Assembly: GCA_045106055.1 (NCBI GenBank)
Contig: JBGCED010000025.1
Coordinates: 1,835-65,834 of the forward strand
Length of the DNA stretch: 64,000 bases
Direction of reading: 5' to 3'
Source of the DNA: Alphaproteobacteria bacterium
GTDB taxonomy: Bacteria; Pseudomonadota; Alphaproteobacteria; CBDDJK01
The notes under the pieces were generated by a model, which was not told the DNA's origin, searched no databases, and saw only the letters and a program-made list of their open reading frames with translations. Each line of letters begins with the position of its first letter. Within the stretch, counting starts at the first letter, position 1. Below, in pieces: positions 57,857-64,000 of the stretch. Both the position numbers and the translations under genes were made by a program.

Positions 57857-58569
57857 TGGTCAAATTTTAATTCCAATGTATCTTTTAACACGGCTGGCAT
57901 GAAATAATAAAAGCGCCCTTGATAATTTTGGGGCTGGCTGATGAATTGCCCAAAATGGCTATACATAGAAAGACTATGGTCAATCGCGGTCAAGGCGCGC
58001 TCTGTAAAAAGGGATCTAAGCTCGATTAAACTTGTCTTTTTGCTTGGCGTATAATGATATTTCAATATTTTTGATCCCCATTGCCGTTCTGGTAGGATCA
58101 AATTAATACAGGCTGCCATATTGCTAAAATCACCGTGAAACGCCGCCCAATAGACCGTATCAAGCCCTGAATAATGTTCTGTGTCGGTTGCAACCACATT
58201 AATCACGGACCTTGGCGCAAGATTTAACAGCGGTGCATCAAGCCGCCCAACCCCAAGCGCAATGATAATATCAGGCGCAGCCTTGGTAAGGGCTTCAATG
58301 CCTTCTGGTTGATTGCAGTTTAACAATTTAAGGTGATTGGCAACTTTAAATTCAGGCGTTTCTTTTTTAAACCATAATTTTTGTTCATAAGCAGCAACCT
58401 TATCATCCAAGGCAGCTCTGGTTTGGTAATTCACGCTAATTTGGCGCACTTCTTCGATCAATAGCACCACATTATAATGTTCCGCCAGAAAATTCGCCAT
58501 ATAGATTTGGTGATTTCTTTTGCTTGTTAAAAGCGCAATTCTTAGTTTTTTATTATTTTGATTCATCAT
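57808..58569 (-). CDS. formyltransferase-fold protein (the canonical catalytic His is not evident)
   Basis: …RIALLTSKRNH… Rossmann-like start and …INVVATDTEHYSGLDTVYWAAFHGD…, which resembles the formyltransferase NxHxSLLPxxRG…wA…G block but has Val in place of His. Confidence 0.4.
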   Translation of the reverse strand: MMNQNNKKLRIALLTSKRNHQIYMANFLAEHYNVVLLIEEVRQISVNYQTRAALDDKVAAYEQKLWFKKETPEFKVANHLKLLNCNQPEGIEALTKAAPDIIIALGVGRLDAPLLNLAPRSVINVVATDTEHYSGLDTVYWAAFHGDFSNMAACINLILPERQWGSKILKYHYTPSKKTSLIELRSLFTERALTAIDHSLSMYSHFGQFISQPQNYQGRFYYFMPAVLKDTLELKFDQWLGNYWEAKTKKRMR

Positions 58570-58709
58570 ATCGCGCTTAATAAAGGGTTGCTTCTATGGT
58601 TTTGTGACATATTATTTGGATATAAGTAAAGTATTTAGCACAATATTTGTCAATATATATTTACATAATATATATTAAAAATAGGATTTTAAGAAAGTGA
58701 TTTTTAAGC

Positions 58710-59708
58710 ATGGTTGATTTAACCTTTGTTGAAACGCAGCTGGAGACATTGATTGCTGAAAAAGGAATGAATATCCATAAAAGCAGATTTTTAAAACCCT
58801 TTGCGCTGATGCCGCAAGAAACTCCGCCCTTATTTTTTTATCACACGCCAAAGGCAAGCGGCAATGCGTTGATCGTCGCGATTCAAGGGGCGTATTTGGG
58901 GCATGCGGTATTGCATCATCAAAATGCGGATTTGGCATATAATCGCTTTGATGTTTTAAATGCAGAAAATGCACTGGCGCGTAAGCTTCCCTTTAAATTC
59001 ATTGCGTCCCATTTGCCGTTTGGGGTGCATCATCATTTTAATCATTATGATTATGATTTAATGGCATGTTTGCGCGATCCTGTGACGCGGGTTAAATCGG
59101 CTTATGCCTATGAAATGATGCGTCAGGATTGGACGCCAGAAGCCGATGATTTTCAAGATTATATCAAAGATCCTTCGAATCAAAATATTACAGCATTGCA
59201 ATTTGCAGGCATTGCTTCAAGCAAAGCGCATTTAAGATCAATCAGCGATGATGCTTTATTTGAGCTTGCGCTGGAAAATCTGGATCAATGCCGCTATGTG
59301 CTAACTTCAAAAGACATTCATGCTTTTATTGAATATTTTATCTCGGCGCATGGTCTGCCCAATGTCATATCAACCAGAATGAATGTCACGCTTCCCAAAT
59401 ATATTGCTGATTTTAGCGCATTTGATGATCAAATTGCGGTGCTTAATCAAGTGGATTTAAGGCTGTTTGAACATATATCCAAGCAAGGGAACAGGGAATT
59501 TTTAAAACAGGAAGCGGCATTAGCAATATCGCCCTTTCATCATCCCGCTTTTGCGCTGTGTTTTGACATTCAATCTTCGGTTAAGATGGAGGGCAAGATT
59601 CATTTTGCCCATGAAGATAATCTGGAAGCGGCGCTGTTATCAGGCAATCATTATGATGATTTTCAAAGCTTTTGCCAGCACGAGATTATACCGCGCAACA
59701 AGGCTTGA
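58710..59708 (+). CDS. PAPS-dependent sulfotransferase-family protein
   Basis: 5'-PSB-like FFYHTPKASGNAL and 3'-PB-like LRDPVTRVKSAYAY motifs; 332 aa. Confidence 0.55.
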   Translation: MVDLTFVETQLETLIAEKGMNIHKSRFLKPFALMPQETPPLFFYHTPKASGNALIVAIQGAYLGHAVLHHQNADLAYNRFDVLNAENALARKLPFKFIASHLPFGVHHHFNHYDYDLMACLRDPVTRVKSAYAYEMMRQDWTPEADDFQDYIKDPSNQNITALQFAGIASSKAHLRSISDDALFELALENLDQCRYVLTSKDIHAFIEYFISAHGLPNVISTRMNVTLPKYIADFSAFDDQIAVLNQVDLRLFEHISKQGNREFLKQEAALAISPFHHPAFALCFDIQSSVKMEGKIHFAHEDNLEAALLSGNHYDDFQSFCQHEIIPRNKA

Positions 59709-59714
59709 AGCGCC

Positions 59715-60632
59715 TTAAAATCCCGATTGATTAAGCAAATAAAAGCCAATGGATGTTGCGTCTGATTCGGTGAGCTTGCTGGTGCTGTGATCCACAAATT
59801 CAGCCATGGAGCCACCAAACGCATCACCATCCATTAAAATTCCTGTCTTTAGTGCAAAGGCAATATCATCGGCGGTCCATCCTTGCTGGTTTAAGCTGGA
59901 TTCCTCAATTGAAGGCACTTTTTTGCCGTCCATTCCAATTCCGCCCGCAAGATAAAGATCGGTCTTTTCCCCGCCCAATATGCCGCGCGGTGTATGGCAT
60001 GCCCCGCAATGGCTTACCGCATTCACCAAATAGCGTCCGCGCTGCCATTGATCGATTTCAGCCTGATTAAGGGTGGTTGGCGGTGTGCTGCTGGCGGGCT
60101 GGACATGTTCAAAAAACAAGGTTTTCCACCCGCCTTGCAACATGCGGACAGAAAAGGGGAAAATAACTTCATTCGGCTTGGAGGGAACAGGATGGGCGGT
60201 GCTTGCCATCAGTGCGCCATAAAGATCAACCATATCTTGATCCGACATGAATTGATAATATTGATAAGGCAAAGCAGGGAAATAATGCTGGGATGTTGGC
60301 GAAATGCCTTGCTTCATCGCATTTGCAAATTGCACAATATCCCATTTGCCAATGCCATGATCAACATCGCTTGTGATATTTGGCGTGATAAAATTGCCAA
60401 ATTTGGTGGATAAGATAACCCCGCCCGCTAAATCCAGATCGCTATTTTCAGCCGTATGGCAGCCAGCGCATCCTGCAACATTCAATAAATACGCGCCATT
60501 ATCCAGATTTGGAATTAATTCATGGTAGGCTGCATAATCCTTGGATTGCGGACGCGTAAACCACCCGCCAGCAATTGCCAGCACCATCAAGATTCCAACA
60601 ATAAGCCTTAATTTTATAAATTGCGGGCGCAT
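59715..60632 (-). CDS. dihaem c-type cytochrome, exported
   Basis: Two CxxCH motifs (CAGCHT, CGACHT) and an N-terminal TM/signal; 305 aa. Confidence 0.8.
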   Translation of the reverse strand: MRPQFIKLRLIVGILMVLAIAGGWFTRPQSKDYAAYHELIPNLDNGAYLLNVAGCAGCHTAENSDLDLAGGVILSTKFGNFITPNITSDVDHGIGKWDIVQFANAMKQGISPTSQHYFPALPYQYYQFMSDQDMVDLYGALMASTAHPVPSKPNEVIFPFSVRMLQGGWKTLFFEHVQPASSTPPTTLNQAEIDQWQRGRYLVNAVSHCGACHTPRGILGGEKTDLYLAGGIGMDGKKVPSIEESSLNQQGWTADDIAFALKTGILMDGDAFGGSMAEFVDHSTSKLTESDATSIGFYLLNQSGF

Positions 60633-60647
60633 TTGCGTTTTAACGGC

Positions 60648-61208
60648 TTAATCTGCGCGGTAAGCTTTATGGCAAGCACTGCAATTTTGTGCCATTAAGC
60701 GAAAGGAAACATCAGGCGCAAGCCCAGATAAAACCGATAAATCTTTCTTCTCAGCATCGCTTAACATTGAAATTTCGCCCATTGGATCATCGCTGCGCGG
60801 ATTATTGGCAGAAAGCGCAAGCGCTTGCGCATATAGCCCAACTTCTTGTGCAAGCGCGCTGAAATTATCCCATTCTTGCCAAATAATGGGCAAGGCTTCC
60901 GAATCATCAATGATGCTGTCTTTTGTGAAAGTCAGGGTCATTTTATCCCCCGCTTGATCGGCAATGATGCTTGCAGCTTTGGCTAGTTCATCGCCATTAT
61001 ATTCAATTTTGCCGCGAAACATGCCCGCAATGGTTTTCATGGATTTTCCATAAGATTTCATTAAAACCTGCCGCGCTTCATAGGCTTGGCTGGGGGTTAG
61101 ATCGCTTGCATAAAGCTTGTTCATATTTAGGGCTGCCACCATGGTTACAGCGGTTACAGCAATCAGCCCGATAAACCCATACATCCATTTTGTGCGATTA
61201 AGATTCAT
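60648..61208 (-). CDS. class II c-type cytochrome (cytochrome c'/c-556-like)
   Basis: Signal peptide, a roughly 150-aa helical mature region, and a single CxxCH (CSACHKAYR) at the extreme C-terminus, as in four-helix-bundle class II cytochromes. Confidence 0.6.
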   Translation of the reverse strand: MNLNRTKWMYGFIGLIAVTAVTMVAALNMNKLYASDLTPSQAYEARQVLMKSYGKSMKTIAGMFRGKIEYNGDELAKAASIIADQAGDKMTLTFTKDSIIDDSEALPIIWQEWDNFSALAQEVGLYAQALALSANNPRSDDPMGEISMLSDAEKKDLSVLSGLAPDVSFRLMAQNCSACHKAYRAD

Positions 61209-61311
61209 TATTTTTTACCTTTATTTTGATTTTAATTGATATGCTATTTTTTTATCATAGTTTACTTTTGATCATAAATCATCTAAATTTTATGCAATAA
61301 TACACCAAAAT

Positions 61312-62541
61312 TTGGAGTGCCTGATGAAAAACCTACCCCTATTACGCAACCTTAACCCCTTAACCCATAAAAAAATATTGGTGCGATTGGATTTAAATGT
61401 GCCGATTAAGGATGGGGTGATTGGTGATAGAACGCGGATTGAACGGGCAATTCCAACCTTGAAATATATGTTGGATGGCGGGGCGAAGATTGCCATTTGC
61501 AGCCATCTTGGCAGACCAAAGGGCAAAGCGATGCCTGAATTTAGCCTAAGGCCATTGCTTGCGCCTTTAAGCGATTTGTTGGGGGTGAAATTGGGCTTTG
61601 TGGATGATCTTTATCAAAGCGATTCGGCGCATTATTTTGATGAAAGCAATATTGTCTTATTTGAAAATTTACGCTTTCACAGCGCGGAAACAGAGAATGA
61701 TCCTGATTTTGCAAAAAGATTAGCCGCTGGCTTTGATTATTATGTGAATGATGCTTTTTCCTGCGCGCATCGCGCCCATGCTTCGGTGCATGGCATTGTG
61801 GATATGCTGCCAAGCGTTGCAGGGCTTAGCCTTGAAGCAGAGGTGAATGCGCTATCGTCTGCGCTGAATGACCCCAAGCGCCCCGTAATGGCGGTGATTG
61901 GCGGTGCGAAAATATCAACAAAAATCCCTGTGCTTGAATTTTTATTAAGCAAATTGGATTATATGGTGATTGGCGGCGGAATGGCAAATGGGTTCTTGGC
62001 AGCACAAGGCAAGAATATCGGCAAATCCCTTTGTGAACAGGATATGATCCCGACCGCAGCAAAAATTATGAACATGGCAGCGGCTGCGAATTGCGAAATC
62101 CTATTGCCGCTGGATGCTGCGGTGGCAACCAAATTTGAAGCGGGTCAGCCAAGAATTGAACGGATGGTTGATGATGTTCAAGATGATGAGCTTATTTTGG
62201 ATGTTGGCGCGAAAACCATTGAATTTTTGCAAGAAAAATTGGCGGGCTGTTCCACCCTATTATGGAATGGGCCGCTTGGGGTGTTTGAACTTGCCCCGTT
62301 TGATCATGGCACAAATAAGCTTGCTGAATTTGCTGCACAGCAAACAAACAGGGGGCAATTAATCTCGGTCGCAGGGGGCGGGGATACGGTTGCCGCCCTA
62401 AATCATGGGTTAAGCGGCGTGGCGGAATATAAAAATGCAGATGATGCCTTTACCTATATTTCAACCGCAGGCGGTGCATTTTTGGAATGGTTGGAAGGCA
62501 AGGATTTGCCAGGAATTGACGCGCTGATCAATCAAACATAA
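61312..62541 (+). CDS. pgk: phosphoglycerate kinase
   Basis: …VRLDLNVP… and …GGGASLE-like GGGMANGFL… motifs; 409 aa. The true start is possibly MKNLP at 61324. Confidence 0.92.
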   Translation: MECLMKNLPLLRNLNPLTHKKILVRLDLNVPIKDGVIGDRTRIERAIPTLKYMLDGGAKIAICSHLGRPKGKAMPEFSLRPLLAPLSDLLGVKLGFVDDLYQSDSAHYFDESNIVLFENLRFHSAETENDPDFAKRLAAGFDYYVNDAFSCAHRAHASVHGIVDMLPSVAGLSLEAEVNALSSALNDPKRPVMAVIGGAKISTKIPVLEFLLSKLDYMVIGGGMANGFLAAQGKNIGKSLCEQDMIPTAAKIMNMAAAANCEILLPLDAAVATKFEAGQPRIERMVDDVQDDELILDVGAKTIEFLQEKLAGCSTLLWNGPLGVFELAPFDHGTNKLAEFAAQQTNRGQLISVAGGGDTVAALNHGLSGVAEYKNADDAFTYISTAGGAFLEWLEGKDLPGIDALINQT

Positions 62542-62571
62542 AGAAAGCTTTTAAACAGGAGGGGGCGGGAC

Positions 62572-63822
62572 ATGATTGTAAATCTAACAGGGCAGGAAGC
62601 AACACAAGCACAAGCGATTCAATATGGTGCGATGGAAGGGACAAGCCCGCCCGCTCATCTTGATCAAACCCGCCTTTACAGGCTGGGGCGGGTGCGCGCA
62701 TTATTAGCCGAATTTGATTATGCGGGCATCTTGCTTTATGACCAGCTTAATATTCGCTATGCAACCGATGCGACCAATATGCAATTATGGTGCAGCCATA
62801 ATGAAGCGCGCTATTGCCTGATTTTAACCCAAGGCCCTGTTATTTTATTTGATTATGGCGGCAAGGATTTATTGACAAAAGGCTTGCCCACGATTGATGA
62901 AACCCGCCCTGCGCAAGATTTTTATTATATGTATGCAGGAAATAATCAGGATGAAAAGCTGGCATCATGGGCAGGGGAGATTGATGATTTATTAAAACAA
63001 TATGGGGCGGGCAATAAACGCCTTGCGGTTGACCGAATTGCGCCGATTGGCACGCTGGCACTTGATCGGCGTGGCTATGACATTATGGACGGTTTTACAC
63101 TGATGGAAGAAGCCCGCAAGCTTAAATCAGCAGGCGAACTTGATTTAATGCGCTATGCCATTCATGCAGCCGAAAATGCAATCCAAATGATGCGCCAGCA
63201 TTTAAGCGCGGGCATCACCGAAAATGCGCTATGGGCAAAGCTGCATGAGGGCAATATTGCCCAAGGCGGTGAATGGATTGAAACCCGTTTATTGGCATCA
63301 GGCCCTAGAACCAACCCATGGTTTCAAGAATCTTCAATGCGGCAAATTCAAAAGGGCGATATGGTTGCCTTTGATACTGATATGATTGGTCCTTATGGCT
63401 ATTGTGCGGATATATCGCGCAGCTTTGTGTGCGATTCAAAGCCATCGGATGATCAAAAGCGGCTTTATGCAGAAGCAAATTTACAGCTTGAACATAATAA
63501 AGCCTTGTTAAAGCCAGGCATCAGCCTGCGGGAATTATCATCAAAGCTGCGCATTCCCCCAGATCAGTTTAAGAAAATCCGCTATAGCGTTGCCATGCAC
63601 GGGGTGGGGCTGTGCGATGAATATCCGTTTATCCCCTATTTTGATGATTTTGATGAAAAAGGCTTTGATGCGGTGCTATTGCCTGGCATGTGTTTATGCG
63701 TGGAAGCCTTGGTCGCGCTTGAAGGTAAAGGCGAAGCCGTGAAGCTTGAAGAACAAATCACCATTACCGAAGATGGGTTTGAACAATTATCAAGCCTGCC
63801 GCTTGAAAGCGCGATGCTTTGA
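62572..63822 (+). CDS. M24-family metallohydrolase (creatinase/prolidase/ectoine-hydrolase-like)
   Basis: Creatinase_N-like N-terminal domain and a C-terminal pita-bread fold with …AMHGVGLCDEYP…; 416 aa. Confidence 0.72.
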   Translation: MIVNLTGQEATQAQAIQYGAMEGTSPPAHLDQTRLYRLGRVRALLAEFDYAGILLYDQLNIRYATDATNMQLWCSHNEARYCLILTQGPVILFDYGGKDLLTKGLPTIDETRPAQDFYYMYAGNNQDEKLASWAGEIDDLLKQYGAGNKRLAVDRIAPIGTLALDRRGYDIMDGFTLMEEARKLKSAGELDLMRYAIHAAENAIQMMRQHLSAGITENALWAKLHEGNIAQGGEWIETRLLASGPRTNPWFQESSMRQIQKGDMVAFDTDMIGPYGYCADISRSFVCDSKPSDDQKRLYAEANLQLEHNKALLKPGISLRELSSKLRIPPDQFKKIRYSVAMHGVGLCDEYPFIPYFDDFDEKGFDAVLLPGMCLCVEALVALEGKGEAVKLEEQITITEDGFEQLSSLPLESAML

Positions 63823-63921
63823 TCTATTTTCAAGTGAATTTTCATTTTATGTTTGATTTTAAGGCTTCAACCGATCATAATTATAAATGATTTTAAAAAT
63901 ATTTTTAGCAGGAGTGCTATC

Positions 63922-64000
63922 GTGACATCACAGCCCGCCGCTCAGGCGTTTCAAGAATTTTCAAGCTTCACTTATGATCAACTGATTGAATGCGCAAAAG
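63922..64000 (+). CDS. partial ORF that continues past the window edge (GTG start after a GGAG Shine-Dalgarno), unknown function
   Basis: ggagtgctatcGTG followed by an open frame encoding VTSQPAAQAFQEFSSFTYDQLIECAK up to the window edge. Confidence 0.25.
   Translation, partial: MTSQPAAQAFQEFSSFTYDQLIECAK

Overview
This window reads as a chromosomal segment of an alphaproteobacterium. Lineage markers are a NDUFA12-like protein, SURF1, the atpI-atpB-atpE-atpF'-atpF F0 operon with two b-type subunits, and a mraZ-to-ftsA division/cell-wall cluster. Most of the window is core housekeeping: a dapB fragment, hpt, comEC, thrC, def, dapD, a deo-type nucleoside salvage cluster, the full division cluster on the minus strand, a yejBEF-like ABC importer joined to fliOP, F0 ATP synthase, rpsB-tsf-pyrH-frr-uppS-rbfA and pgk. 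After rbfA the conserved synteny stops and a roughly 13-kb accessory patch begins (47.8-61.2 kb). It holds a GT2-like glycosyltransferase, an orphan 5-hydroxyisourate hydrolase, several secreted or unknown ORFs, a DUF4065/Panacea-like protein preceded by a small unknown ORF, an FrcBCA-like sugar ABC transporter, MOSC and M24 enzymes, a divergent formyltransferase-fold/sulfotransferase pair, and two c-type cytochromes. Non-coding highlights are a dispersed REP-like repeat family at two intergenic loci, a 10-bp-periodic TGGG array upstream of mraZ, and a tandem 23-bp duplication at the atpF stop. The strongest candidate for an undescribed system is the two-gene module at 50969-51907, a Panacea-like putative antitoxin with an unrecognisable upstream partner. 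No rRNA or CRISPR array was seen. tRNAs were not detected by eye but cannot be excluded without a covariance search.
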